NCBI RefSeq assembly: GCF_009914755.1
Contig: NC_060927.1
Strand: one strand, 5' to 3'
Length of the DNA stretch: 64,000 bases
Source: the human T2T-CHM13v2.0 reference genome, Homo sapiens
In this document: piece by piece, positions 41,461-55,024 of the stretch
Numbering within the stretch: the first letter of the stretch is position 1
How the letters are laid out: the number at the start of each line of letters is the position of its first letter
Translations under genes and position numbers: made by a program
The notes under the pieces: generated by a model
Databases searched by the model: none
What the model saw: the letters and a program-made list of their open reading frames with translations, nothing else
Told to the model about the DNA's origin: nothing

Positions 41461-41633
41461 CATCTGCATTCAGCAGGGAGCCTCATGAGGGCAGAAGCAA
41501 GGTCTTGTTCATCAGAGAATTGTAGCACAGGACACATGCTTGGGAAGCAGGCTCCAATAGTACGTGTCCAATGAATGAATGGAAGATGGTGAAGTCCATC
41601 CTGTCACCAGAATTGACTCGGCACTCAGAGCTG
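41461..41633 (+). repeat. ~175-bp local duplicate of 39127-39163 plus 39812-39947 (L2 tail plus flank)
   Basis: Ungapped ~80-85% match, including shared sequence beyond the L2 tail. Confidence 0.85.
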
Positions 41634-41813
41634 ATGATTTTAGGGATATCTGGAGGTTTTAGGGATATCTCATTTTAATACACATGGCAGCCTACTATTA
41701 TTGTCTCCATTACCAATGAGGAAATCGAGGCCCCAAGAAGAGACTTACCCAATGGTAAGTCTCTTGTCTCTTACGAGAGCATGCAGCCTGTAAGAGACAA
41801 AGTCAATATTTGA

Positions 41814-42129
<316 letters not shown>

Positions 42130-42189
42130 TCTGAACTCACTTTTTTTCTAGAGCCCATGTTGTTATTCTGTGTATATGGTAGGTGCTCT

Positions 42190-42320
42190 TGCTGGCCTCA
42201 TTTCACAGATGAGAAAAGCAAGGGTCAGAGAAATTAACTAACTTACTGAAGGTCAACCAGTCCTCATGGTTAGCAGAAACAAGCTTAAAACCACCTCTGA
42301 TTCCCATGAGTGCTGGTGAC
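42190..42320 (-). mobile_element. MIR
   Basis: catttcacagatgagaaagcaagggtcagagaaattaactaactt...aaggtca. Confidence 0.65.
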
Positions 42321-43567
42321 CACCAGACTGTTTTGCTTCCTGGCAGTGTTCTGCGTCTGGTAGCTTCTGGTTCAGAACCAATTCCTTAGAAAACCTGCTG
42401 GGGTATCTATTGATAACTTCCTGCTTTATCTACACAAGTGCTATAACATGGAATGACTCCTGTCTGGGAGCTGTTTTTGTTCACCATTCTCCACAAAGCA
42501 GCCAAACTGTATTTACTTCCCAGTCCCACTGCATCTGTGACCAATGTCACTCCCAGACGGCATACTGATGGCAGTAGCTTTTGTAAATTGTCCTGAGAGA
42601 AGCTAGTGTGGTCTGAACCATCCCCAGGTGTGAATGTTGGTGGAATCATTCCTGGAGCCCCTGGAGGTATTTTGCCATAAACCTCTGAACATAGAACTGA
42701 ACTTCATTCTTCACTGTGCACAATGAAGAAGCACAATGCCCTAAAGCTGTAGAGTGAGCTATGACACTGGACCAAAGGATCTTTCAACATGTATTTTAAT
42801 GATGTAGAGTTTAAAGTTTTCCTTCTTACGGCAGGATCTGCTCTCCAAATCACTGATCTTGTAGGCCAAAAGTGGATGTGGTTCAACTGGACTTGGTATG
42901 TCTCAAACCATTAGCCATCACTGTGGAGTATTTCTGTCCCTTGCTGGCCTTCTTGACAAGACTTTTTGTTTGTTTATTTGAGTGTTAAGTAACATTACTG
43001 GAATGTTTGACTAGTTATTCAGGTAGACAAATGAACAGTATTTCTGAGCGCTAAACAGGATGAAAAAAGTTTCCAAACACTGGAGAAAACTATTGAAAAT
43101 TTCAAGGTTTTGGGCTTGAAAAAGTGTGATTAACTTCATGAAAACAGAAATCCTACAGGTAATACAATTTTCTAAGTACAATAGAATTTATCAATTAAAG
43201 TGGAACCAATAAGTAATGTTTAACCACATGCAAATTTCTTATAAGATCATTTAAGATAACTACTAAAGTAAGTAGGAGCTCCAAACTGAGATTACTTTTA
43301 CAGAGTCAGAGAATTGCTAAGGAGGAAACATTGTGACTGAAGCCAAGGGACCTAAATTCACACAATTAATTATTCCAGTACTATCTTCATGTTACAGGAA
43401 AACAGTAATTCTGGACATATGCAAGTATTATTCATTAAAATAGAGAACTATGACTCAATATGTATAGAATATAAACACATTTTCTAGTGTTGAAAAATAT
43501 TTATAGTCTACAAATGATGTTATATGGTATATATTGGTGGTGTTCTAAATGAAGAAAATTGGAATTT

Positions 43568-43812
43568 CTTTTTTAATTTTTTAAATTTTCTGAATATGTA
43601 ATAGTTGTACAGATTTATGGGGTACATGTGATATTTTGATGCAAACACATGATGTGTACTGATCCAGTCAGGGCAATCAGAATACACATCACTCTAATCA
43701 TCCATCATCAATCCAAGTTGGGAATGTTCCAAGTATACTTCTCCAGTGATTCTGAAATATACAACAAATTAATGTTAACTATAGTCATACTATTGTGCCA
43801 TGACATACTGTT
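43568..43812 (-). mobile_element. L1MA-type 3' end
   Basis: taatagttgtacagatttatggggtacatgtgatattttgat...gaaatatacaa...gttaactatagtca. Confidence 0.8.
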
Positions 43813-44754
43813 CTGACACAAAATATTTATGTGAAATATTGTACTCATATATGTAAAAAGCACATAGTTCCAAACACCATTTAATACAGACAAAAATCCT
43901 CAAAAGTTACAAGAATCCTGAAAATGTCCGATAGAGCTGATAGAAAAATATGGAAACCTCCCAGGACCAGAAGTAAACTAAAAGAAGTATCAATAGGAGA
44001 AATCAGAGAAGCCAGTGCCCGCTTTGGGTACTGGTTGATCACAAGGAACTCAAAACAGTGGATTTTCCAGTTTGCCCCCAGCAGCAGGACAGTCTGCGTG
44101 GCCTTTTTCTCTTGGGAGATTCTTGGGGAGAGCTGGTCCTGTGAAGGTGCTGGGATCACTTCTGATGCCTAATTCTTGGGAAACAGCAAAGTAGGAACAG
44201 TGAGTTCCAAACTTTCCCATGAGGGAGCTCATTTTCTTGTATAATGATGCCTAGGTGGGTCAGCTGGCCTTAGACCTGGACATTTCCGTCATGCTCACTG
44301 TAGAGGGGCTGGAAGAACACTGCTGGAGGCCATTCTGAAAGAAGGTTCTCTCCATCCTGTCTGAGATTCTGGGAGAGGATGGAGAAGCACGTGGACCTGG
44401 GACAGTTCTCCATGAAAGGATGAACCTGCTCTTGTACCTCAGACAGACCTGCAAAGCCACCCTACCTGTGCTGTCATGCTCAGCAGCTCACCTCCATGTT
44501 CTGGAATTCCAAGCAGGTACTCTGAACATCCTTCAGGTAATAGCAGAACCCAGAATGAAGAGAAGGAAAGCTGGCCTTGGAGAAAAGAAAATCTTGACAT
44601 GACTTTTGTGCCTGCATGGTATCGATGGTATTGCTAGTTTTCATTTAATTACTGTTCACTGCAAGTCAACAATGTGTCAGGCACGGAGGACATAGCTAAG
44701 ACTCTTACCCTGAGGGAGTCAGACAATGCACAGAGAAAAGCACAATCAAATGCA

Positions 44755-45233
44755 CAAGTCCCCTCTTATCCTCCATTTCCCTTTCTGCAGCTTCACTTAC
44801 CTGCAATCAATGGCAGTCCAAAAATACTGTGTTGAAAACTCCAGAAATAAACAATTTATAGGTTTTAAATTGTGTGCCATTCTGAGTAGTGTGATCAAAT
44901 ATTGTGCCATCCCACTCTGTCCTACCTGGAACATAAATCATACCTCTGTCCAGCATCTCCACACTGTCTATGCTACCTGCCTGTTGGTCACTTTGTACCA
45001 TCTTGGTTATCAGATTGAATGTCCTGCTTTCACAGCACGTATGTTCAAGTAACCCTCATTTGACTTCATAATGGATCCAAAGCACAAGAGTACTGTGTCT
45101 AATTTATAGATTAAACGTTAGGTGTGTATGTATAGGAAAAGACATAGTGTGTATTGGGTATGGTACTGTCTGAGGTTTCAGGCATCTGCTTAGGGGTCTT
45201 GGAATGTATTCCCTGAGGAGCGGGGACAATTGT
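44755..45233. mobile_element. MER44-like Tigger MITE
   Basis: agtcccctcttatcc...ccagaaataaacaatttataggttttaaattg...ggtttcaggcatc...ggggtcttggaatgtatt. Confidence 0.75.
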
Positions 45234-45681
45234 ACCAGGCTTTGCACTGAGCTAAGTGCTGTGAAGGACAAAGGCGAGAAGTAGTGATAAAATGGGGAAA
45301 ACTAATTACCAAGGATCATTAGAAATGGACTCTTTGAAGGGATTATATTTATGCAAAACCTGAGAGATGAAAGAAACCCAAGGGAGGCAGTTGTTCCAGG
45401 CAGAGGAAACAACATATACAAAGACCTAGAGGTGAGAAAAAGCTTGGCATGTTCTAGAAACTGATCACAGAACACAGTGGCTAGAGAGTGGAGAATGAGG
45501 GGTGGCTGTCATATGAGATAATGGAGAAGTAGGCAAAGTCTGGGTTGTGGAAGACCATATGGGTATTGCTGTATATTCAAGGTCATTGGGAAGCCACTGA
45601 AATGTTTTAGGCAGAGAAACACAATTTCATTGATAATTTTAAAAGCTTCCTCTAGCTGCTGTGTCAAGGTTAGATTGAAGT

Positions 45682-47555
45682 GAAAACTACAAAACATTGC
45701 TGAAATTTAAAAGAGATAAATAAGTGCAAAAACATATTGTGTTGATGGAGTGGAAGGATTAATAATTTTAAGATGACAATATTACCCAAAATATCTACAG
45801 ACTCAATGCAAGTCCTATCAAAATGCCAATTTTTTTGCAGAAATTAAAGTGATACTAAAATTTATGTGATGCAAATTGAAGTGATGCAAAATTCATAGCC
45901 AAAACAATGTTGAAAAAGAAGAAAAAAGTTTGAGGACTCACACTTTCTGATTTCAAAAATTACAAAGCTACAGTTGTCAAAACAGTGTGGTACTGGCATA
46001 CGGACAGGCTCATAGACACATACGCACATACACAAACATACACATACCACATACAGGTTGAGTATCAAAAATTCTAAATGCTCTAAAATCTGAAACTTTT
46101 TGAGTGCTGACATCACACTAAAAGACATACTCACTGGAGCATTTTGGATTTTCAGATTAGGGCTGCTCAACTGGTAAGTATAATGTAAATGTCCCAAAAT
46201 CTGAACAAAATCTGAAACACTTCTGTTCCCAAGTATTTTGGATAAGGAATAAACCTCAGCATATATGACCAAGTACGTCAAAACCATCCAATGGGGGAAA
46301 ATCATCTTTTCAACAAATGATGCTTGGAAAACTTGATATCCACATGCAAAATAGTGAAGTTTGATCCTTACCTTGCCATATAAAAAAGTTAAGAGAGAAC
46401 AAAGACTTAAATGTAAGAGGTAAGACTATAAAACTCTTAGAAAAAAAAAATAGAAGAAAAGCTTCATGACGTTGGACTTTGCAATAGTTTTTTGGATATG
46501 ACACTAAAACTACAGGCAACAAAAGAAAAATAGGTGAATTGGATTTCATCAAAGTGAAAAACTTTCGTGTATCCAATGGCACTATCAAGAGAGTGAAAAG
46601 ATAACTACAGAATGGAGAAAATACGTGTAAATCATGTATCTGATAAGGTATTAATATTCCAAATATATTAAAAACTCATACAATTCAACAACAACAAAAC
46701 AAAGCCAATTCAAAAAATGGGCAAAGGACTCGAATAAATATTTCTCAAAAGAAGATATGTAAGTGGCCAATAAGCACAGGAAGAGATGTTCAACATCACT
46801 ATTCATTAGGAAAATCCAAATAGAAATAAAGTGAGATACCCCTTCATACTCATTAGAAAGCTATTAGATGGCTATTAGAAAACAAAGGAAAACAACAAAA
46901 CCTGCTAGATAACAGGTGTTGGTGAGAAAGTGGAGACATTGGAGCCCTTGTGCATTACTGTTGGGAATGTAAAATGGTACAACTGTTGTGGAAAACAGGA
47001 TGGCAATTTCTCAAAAAGTTAAATATAGATTACTATGTGATCCAGCAATTTCATTTCTAGGTATATACCTGAAGAAATAGGAAACAGGGACTCAAAAGAT
47101 TCTTGTACACCAATGTTTATAGCAGCATTATTCACAATAGCCAAAAGTTGAAAACAACCCAAATGTCCACCAACAGATGACTAGATAAACAAATTGTGGT
47201 ACATACATGCAGTGGAATAGTATCCAGCCTTAAAAAAGAAAGGAAACTCAGATACATGCCACAACATCTTGAGAACATTATGCTAAGTCAAATAAACTAG
47301 ACACCAAAGGACAGATATGGTATGATCCCACTTATGTGCAGTACCTAGAACAGGCAAATTCATAGAGATAGAAAGTAGTAGCTGGGGGTATAGCTACTAT
47401 TTGTTTAATGAGTACTAAGTTTCAGTTTGAGATGATGACAAAGTTCTGGAAATGAGTGGTTGTGATATACAACATTGTGAATGTATTTAATGACATTAAA
47501 TTGTATGAATAGTAAATTTTTGTTATGTATATTCTACCAAATGGAAAGAAAAATA
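45682..47555 (+). mobile_element. L1MB-type 3' part (ORF2 end plus 3' UTR), interrupted by Tigger4a
   Basis: aaagctacagttgtcaaaacagtgtggtactggcat; caatgtttatagcagcattattcacaatagccaaaa; flanked by agattgaa on both sides. Confidence 0.85.
46054..46250. mobile_element. Tigger4a (MER46A)-like MITE
   Basis: ta|caggttgagtatc...aaaatctgaaactttttgagtgctgacat...ctgaaacacttctg..cccaagtattttggataagg. Confidence 0.8.
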
Positions 47556-49083
47556 AGATTGAATTAGAAGAGGAAAAGATTACAAATGGGAGAAGCAGTA
47601 AGAAATACCCTTATGCAGGAGCTAAAGGAAGAGATGATGATATTTGCATTAGAGTGAGGACAGTTGAATGAAGAAATAGGTTTCTGTGGGAGGGGGTGGG
47701 TGTGATTTGTAGGGATGGAATATCACCCATAGAGGTTGTGTTTTATTTCCCCTTTAAGCTAAAATAAAAGTCCCTCTTACTGTAAGGTATTGTACTTTGG
47801 GAAAATTCTGTAACTTTCTTTTGGCCCAGGGAGTTCTCATGACAGTGTAGCTTCATTTCATGGGGCTAACTCTCACACCTACTTTGACTCACCATTTCCT
47901 TTGGCGTACATATTATAGAGATTTCTGGGAATTCATCATGTGTGCCTTTTCTTTAAAAATGTGTAAAGAAACGTTTTGATTTTTAATATCAGGAGGCAAG
48001 TCACCATGTGATTATTCGGATTACAATGGCTCAAGTACTTATAGACATTTTTCCAATTTAGATAAAAAGTTTATTTGGTGTTAAGTTTCCTTAATTTACT
48101 TTATTATAGTCATTTATATATTTAATTTATACTTTTATCCCTTGGACAGCCCTTATAGCCTTGGTTTACCCATCTGGTGCCAGGAAAATCAGTTAGTATC
48201 TAGCATTAGTATTAAGGGTCTCTGACTATATGGCCTTATTTGCAAACAAATTCTCCCAAGTTCTCAGCAAACATTTATTTTTGAGAAGGCAAGTTAGCAG
48301 GAAAGATAAGGATTTTTACGTAGTATTTGCATTGTCAATTTTCTGTTTAGAAGAGGTAGCATTATTTTGCATCATCAAAGAATGAAAAAACAGCTTCTAT
48401 TTCTTATCAGCTCATCTCTCAGATTTTTGTAAAGAAAATTACATTTGAAAGCCCACTGCAAAGTTTCCAGCAAATGGTCACAATTTCCTAAAGTGATAGC
48501 TTTTCTCTCTATGCCAAGAGAAAAGTCAGAGTGGATGTTGTGGAGGTTCATTTTGGAAAGTGTACTGCTTTCAAAGCTTGTTCATTAAAGCACAGAGAAA
48601 TACTGTAATGGCTCCTGTGCGCAGATTGGACCCCGCTTTATGAAGCACAACAGCTGTGTTGGTATTACAGCAGGCAGCAATGCAGTGCTTAGGCGTGTGA
48701 TTAACTGAGCTGAGGATCATGGGCTGTGGAGGCAGCGTCTGCAGGGCCGAGAGGCTGAGCCTACTGGGTACCATAACTAGTGACCAACCTCAGAAAAGAG
48801 GGCCAGATGTGTTAGCAGGGACCCCAGTCCACAGATACTGGGTTTCACCATAAAAAATACAATCCCTTTCAAAGTCAGTGAAAAGTAAGATGGGGAGGAG
48901 ACAAGGTCGTTTGAAAAAGATTTTATAGTCATTTTCTTTGTCACTTTTATAATAAAGCAATCTTCCTAACCTTTCTCGAGTTTATGGGGAAAATATTCTC
49001 CTACTCTTGTAAAAATAACAGTAGCAGTGGTAGTGAGCTCCCAATAAATGTTAACTCATGTGCCAAGAATTGTGATAAGGGTC

Positions 49084-49268
49084 AGTTATGGACTGAACTG
49101 TATTCCCTTAAGGTTGATACGTTGAAGCCTTAATGCCGAATGTGACTGTATTTGTAGATGAGACCTTTAAGGAGGTAATTAAGGCTAAATGATGTCCTAA
49201 GGATGGGACTCTAATCCAAAGGACTGGTATCCTTAGAAGGAGAGAAATAAATATCGGATGTCTCTGTC

Positions 49269-49299
<31 letters not shown>

Positions 49300-49747
49300 T
49301 CTCTCCCTCCCTCCCCCACTCCCCCCTCCCCTTCTCTCCCCCTCCCCCTCTCCCCCCTCCCCCTCCCTCCCTCTCCATGTACAAGGGTAGCTGTTTACAA
49401 GCCAAGAAGAGAGGCACTCTTACTTGCTCACACTCTTGCTTGCTCGCTCTCTCTCCCTCTCTTTCCCTCTCTCTCTCCCTTCCTCTCTCTCCCTCTCTCT
49501 TCCTCTCTTTCCCTCTCTTTCTCTCTCCCTCTCTCTCTCCCTCCCTCTCCCTCCCTCCCTCCCTCCCTCCATGTACAAGGGTAGCTGTTTACAAGCCAGG
49601 AAGAGAGGCTTCATCAGACATCAACTCTGATGGCACCTCAATCATGGACTTCTGGCCACTAGAACTTTGAGAAAATAAATTTCTGTTGTTTCAGCCACCC
49701 AGTCAGTCTGCGGTATTTTGTTACAGCAGCCCAAGCAAATGAATGCA
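49084..49747 (+). mobile_element. MLT1B-like MaLR LTR with internal polypyrimidine expansion and duplication
   Basis: gttatggactgaactg...aatgtgactgtatttg...aataaatttctgttgtt.cagccacccagtc...gtattttgttacagcagccc. Confidence 0.8.
49260..49570. repeat. CT/C-rich low-complexity tracts
   Basis: Two near-pure pyrimidine tracts, ~49260-49376 and ~49440-49570. Confidence 0.9.
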
Positions 49748-50840
49748 GGATCCTATAAAACTTGTCTAATCCTCATAGCAAACTTATGAGGCAGGTTTTT
49801 TTTTTGTTTTTTTTTGTTGTTTTTTTTTTTAAGATAAGGACCTTCAGATGCTCAGATAGGCTAGGTAAATTAATAAGCATGCAGTTCTTGCACCTGGATG
49901 GCTCCTACTCTGAAACATTGTGAATCACAGTTTTCACCAAAGAAAATAGAGACCTTATTTTCTTGCATTAAATGGCTTGTTTTCTGTCATGATGCTGGAG
50001 GTGGTGTTTTACCTTCCCTCTCTCACCATCACCCAGCAAGGCAGCCAGTACAGGGTAGGTCCTCATAACTTTATTGAATGCAAGATGTAGAGGCACTAAA
50101 AATAAAAGTGAATGTGGAGTGATTTAGATCATCAACCATTTAATTGTATTGATTTAATAATTATTTCCTTCTGCTTAAATCATTGCCAAGATAGAAAATT
50201 TGGCTGCATATCATGAGTAATTGACTAAATATATCCTCAGGAGAAAATATGATTCTTCAGCAATTCATTATGAAGAAAAAGGTACAAATAAAAGATAAAA
50301 GAGACAACCACTGCTGATGGTTTTAGGTAGGAAAGTGGCCATTAGTATATTCCTCAACTAAGAAAAGGAAACTCATCTATGTCGACAACATGTTCTGGGG
50401 TAGTTGTATTCACTTAACTCTAGAATTCAGCTGTAGAATTCAGAAATCCTTCGGTCCAAGTTATTAGGTATTTTTTACTTCCTGGTGACTGACAGTAGTG
50501 GATCCTAAAGCCTTGGAAATAAACCATTCTCCAGGATACATTGTTCTATTTCTTCCTTAAAGAGGGTTGGCCATTCCCTAAGGAGGAGGTAAAAGAGTCT
50601 ATTCTATGCCTTTCTTCTCAGTTCTGGAAGAAATTTTTCTCAAGTCAAAAGCATATGTACATGCCTCTTGTTTTCCTTTGAAATACTGTCACCGAAGGAG
50701 ATAAATTATTCTCATCTCCTTAGACGTTGGTAAAAGATGAGAGAGCTACACACATTAAAAAGAATTTTCAGTCTTTAAGACCAAATTCACTGAGGTCTCC
50801 CTGTTTCCCAGCACATGGTCCTATATTATCACATGATATA

Positions 50841-51226
50841 TGTGTTAGTCTGTTTTCACACTGCTATAAGGAACAGCCTGAGACTGGGTAATTTATAAAG
50901 GAATGAATTTTAATTAATTCATAGTTCAGCATGGTTGGGGAGGCCTCAGGAAACTTACAACCATGGTAGAAGGCAAAGGGAATTAAGGCATCTTCTTTAC
51001 AAGGTTGCAGGAAGGAGAAGTGGCAAGTGAAGGGGGAAATGCCCTTTATTAAACCATTAGCTCTCCTGAGAACTCACTCACTATTACTAGAACAACATGG
51101 GGGAAACTGCCTCCATGATTTAGTTACCTCCACCAGCCTCTCCCTTGACACATGGGAATTGTGGGGATTGTGGGAAGTACAATTCAAGATGAGATTTGGG
51201 TGGGGACACAAAGCCTAACCGTATCA
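50841..51226 (-). mobile_element. THE1 (THE1C/D-like) MaLR solo LTR
   Basis: tgtgttagtctgttttcacactgctataa...gagactgggtaatttataaagg...aattcaagatgagatttgggtggggacaca...tatca. Confidence 0.9.
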
Positions 51227-51644
51227 ATAGGTGACCAGTAAGAGTTGTTTAATGAAAAGAGGCACTCTAAAGTAATTTTTGGTCCTAGGTAAACTGGACT
51301 TCAGAAATCCTGATATATGACCACGCAAAATGAACAAACACGAATCATCTTTTAGATGTTGACTCTATCGCACTTAGGTGTTTTGTTTAAGTAACAACAA
51401 GCCTCTCCCACCTCCAGAGAGAGGCTATAGCCAGGAGACCTAAATCATGAATGTTAAGCTATAAATTATCAAAGGAAGCATATTTACATATCTAATAAAA
51501 CAACAGGAACCACCTTATAGAATCATAATGCAACATGAGTTTTTCAGAATTCATTTTTTAAGGGGAGAGAAATCTCTTTCCTCACTTTTTCTTCCAATTA
51601 AAAGTCTCTTAATCCTTTCTCTGCCTTCAAAGTAATGCTTGAGT

Positions 51645-51805
51645 TTTAGAATCCCAGAGCGAGCTGGAAGGGAGCCAAAAGGAAGCAGAATCCAACCCAC
51701 TCATTTTACAAATGAGGAAAACCTGATTAACTGATTTGTCCAAGGTCACATATCTATTAATGGCATGCTCAGGACTGAAACCCAGATATTCTGATTCCCA
51801 GGAAA
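51645..51805 (-). mobile_element. MIR/MIR3
   Basis: tccaacccactcattttacaaatgaggaaa...gatttgtccaaggtcaca. Confidence 0.7.
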
Positions 51806-54774
51806 TCCGAACTTTGCTTCCAGGCTTGTAAAGGTGTAATTGCCTCCATCATCTGAAATTGAGATATGCCTAATACTGCTGGGTTCAGTCTCTTCTCAAG
51901 ATGGATGTGTAATTGTCTAAGCATCATCTGTTATTCTGCCAAAGATTCAACACAGTACTCAGTGGGAAACCAGTTCTAATTTAAGTCAGAGCAAACGATG
52001 TGTTTTTTTTTCTCTTGCAGGGCATGACAAGTTTCAGAAATAATGAGCTCTACTCACTGGACTTCTCTTTGGCTTTGTATTGTACATTAGAATCAGTCTT
52101 ACTAATATCCTCTAAGGAGCTGAAGGGTTACATGAGCTTTTAGAGCCATGTTTTATTATTAGGATCATTCATACCAGTTATGCATAAGCATATACCAATA
52201 GAAATAGGAATTTGTAGTATTGTGTGGTGTGTTTAACTGAACGTGGAGTGGTGTACTGAGGTTTGAGATCATATTAAAGTGCAAGCCTTATTTTTATGTA
52301 AACCCTTTCTGGCCTGAGGCACTTTTCTCATTACAACCCTCCCTGCTGCAATCTCCTACCATAAAGGGAGTTTTTGCTCATTGAAAAATATCAAAAAGTA
52401 GATAGTTTATTAATGTCAACCATTTGAGCAGCTGGTTGAAATGGATGGGTGGAAACAAACGCTCCTGCAAATTCTTCCATCCATGGAAAGAGGCACAGCC
52501 CCTTGTGTTATCTAAGCCCCACACTGCCACACAAATGCCACTACCCCTTCCTGAACACTTTCCCTTCTGTGTCTGCTGTGTGACCTCAATAATGTTTCTT
52601 GACCCTTTGGAGGTACAGACTCTATCCATCATCTGACAAAAGCCCGTGGACCTGTTCCAGCCCCAATGCACATGGTTAAACACACCCAATTTTGCTAATA
52701 ATTTAAGGGGGTCTTAATGACCCTCTGGAGTCTTTCAGGGGCCTTAAGAAATCCTTGTTAATGTTCTTTCTTTTTCTTATAATCCAGAACTTGTAAGCTG
52801 TGGGGAAATCATCTTTGATTTCTTATTTGAGGTTTAAACCATGAACATTGGTCGACATCTGACAACAACCCACAGCAAATGAAATAAATTTCTCATCAAA
52901 CATTGTTTCGATGCACACTGCATATATCATGCTAGACAACCTGGGAGTACCTGAGATACTCTTACACCGAAGCATACAGTTTAGGTGGGGACAAAGTGAA
53001 GCTAATATAAAATGGTTGATTGAGCACAAAATGGTAAGCCCCACTCTGCAGGGTTCAGAAGACAAAGTAATCTCACAGGGTCAGAGCAATCAAGAAAAGT
53101 CTTTGCAAAGGTGGGAGGAAATAATCACTTGAAGCATAAATAAGCCTTAGGTAGGTGGAGGAAAGATATAAGGATAGGGAAGATACTTTGAGCAAGGGAG
53201 CAAAGTATGAGTATCACTGTTGGAGAGAATATCAAATCAAATGAGCAAGAATGTGGACAGCAATGAGTGTATGTAGCAAATTTTTCCTATTAGTAAGCAT
53301 CACCTGACAGATGTTCAAAGATGGTGGTTCTATAGGTCTGCTTCTGCTGAGGAGGCATGGTTATATAACCGATCACCCTAAACTGGCCCCAGTTTGGAAT
53401 TACAAATATGTACGTCATTTATCGAATGATGTTATGTATTCTTAGCTAAAAGATATGTTCATTTGAACATTTTTTCTTCAATTCTTTTCAATTCAATGTT
53501 ATTTTCTGGGTATCAGGAGACCCAATATATCTTTAACTTCTGCTTCAATCTATCTTTTCTCTTTTTTATACTTTTTTCCCCGTGATTAATAACAAAAGTT
53601 AGACTTCTGTGTATTCGTATGTATACACCAGTGCATTTGCATATCCATATACATGCATGTATGTGCAAAAATATTTGTTGATAAATAGGACAGGAGTCTG
53701 AAGGTCTTATTCTAAAGTGTTGGCAGCAGTTGCTTCTGAGGACTAGGATTGGAAGATGCTAATGGCAAGAAGGGAACATTATTTTTAGTCAACATACTTC
53801 TGTATGGTTTGAACTCTGTATAATAAGCAGATATTGCTTTTGTAATTAAAGGAAAAGAGAAAAAAGGGAAGAAATTAAATTTGACATCCCTACAAGTAAT
53901 ATGAAGCCCTTTCATCCTTTTGAAGGTATGAAGAACAACAATTGTGCCTCCAGGGAAATTTATTTTATCAGAACTTGTATGATTTTTTAATCATGTAATG
54001 AAGCAGCTTGCCTTGGATTTCCAGTAGGCTTGCTTTGTTTACATATGCAGATCTCTGCTAATAATTGACGGTAACTGGAAGTGCTGTTTCTTAGACTGGC
54101 ATCTCATCCCCACACTGGCATGCACATGTGCTGGTTGACATTAGTTTCCCTCACTTTCTGTACAACTAGGACTTCTGTAGCTGATGTGCTGGTTTTTCCG
54201 TAATCTCCCTTCTCCTCCATCCTGTGACCAGGATTGTGTTTCCCATACAGTGCCCTAGGGCCACAGGATGAGCTAAGAAACCATGACTTTTTTGTACCCG
54301 GCTGAGCTCCAACCTTCCTTGGGGTTCTAATTATTCTAACGTCGTACCCCAGAATTTGATGCAAGTTCTTGATTTGATATGAGCTAACTAGCTGCACAGA
54401 AACTGCCACTTGGTGTGTAGGGGGTGTAGCGTACCTACACACATAGATGGGAAGTACAAAAGGCTAATTCAAGTATTATGATCACAGACATTCATGGGAA
54501 TAAAATATTTTATGTTATTAACATCATGGTGCAAAACAGCAAGTAAATTGCAAGTCCAGTCTTTTGATGACGGTGTAAAATCACACATTTAATGAGAAAC
54601 AAAAATGGTGAGAGTACACACAAACACTTCAAGATGCTGCATGAAGAAGGCAGGGATAGAGATGGTTTTTATTTTATCAATATTAAATTGCTTCATGAAG
54701 TAAAGAAAAATATGGTGAGAAGAGACTAACCATATGCGTTTCAGGGTGAGTGTGATAACTGATAATAATGTAGT

Positions 54775-55010
54775 GGCAGCATGCAGAGTAGTCAAGAGCA
54801 TGGCCTCTGGAGTTTCAAATTCTGACTCCTTCCCTTATGAGCTTTGTGACCTTGGTCAAGTTACTTAACCTCTCTGTGCTTGAGTTTCCATGTAGATAAA
54901 ATGAAGTTAGTAGCAGTAACTATATTATGGAACTAAGAGGTTTAAAAGAGGTCATGTATACACAGCATTTAGAGTGGTGCCTGATATATAGAGGGTATAA
55001 TAAGAAATAA
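54775..55010 (+). mobile_element. MIR (near full length)
   Basis: gtgaccttggtcaagttacttaacctctctgtgcttgagtttcc. Confidence 0.8.
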
Positions 55011-55024
55011 AAGTTAGTAAATAT

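Larger units (their letters stand above)
44640..47680 (-). mobile_element. L2 fragment interrupted by MER44 and L1MB
   Basis: gttccaggcagaggaaacaacatatacaaagacctagaggtgaga and ttgggaagccactgaaatgttttaggcag; resumes after 47555. Confidence 0.6.

Noticed and set aside
51998-52030. Strong splice-acceptor-like tract (ttttttttctcttgcag)
   Set aside because: No convincing donor identified at exon distance; isolated acceptors are common.
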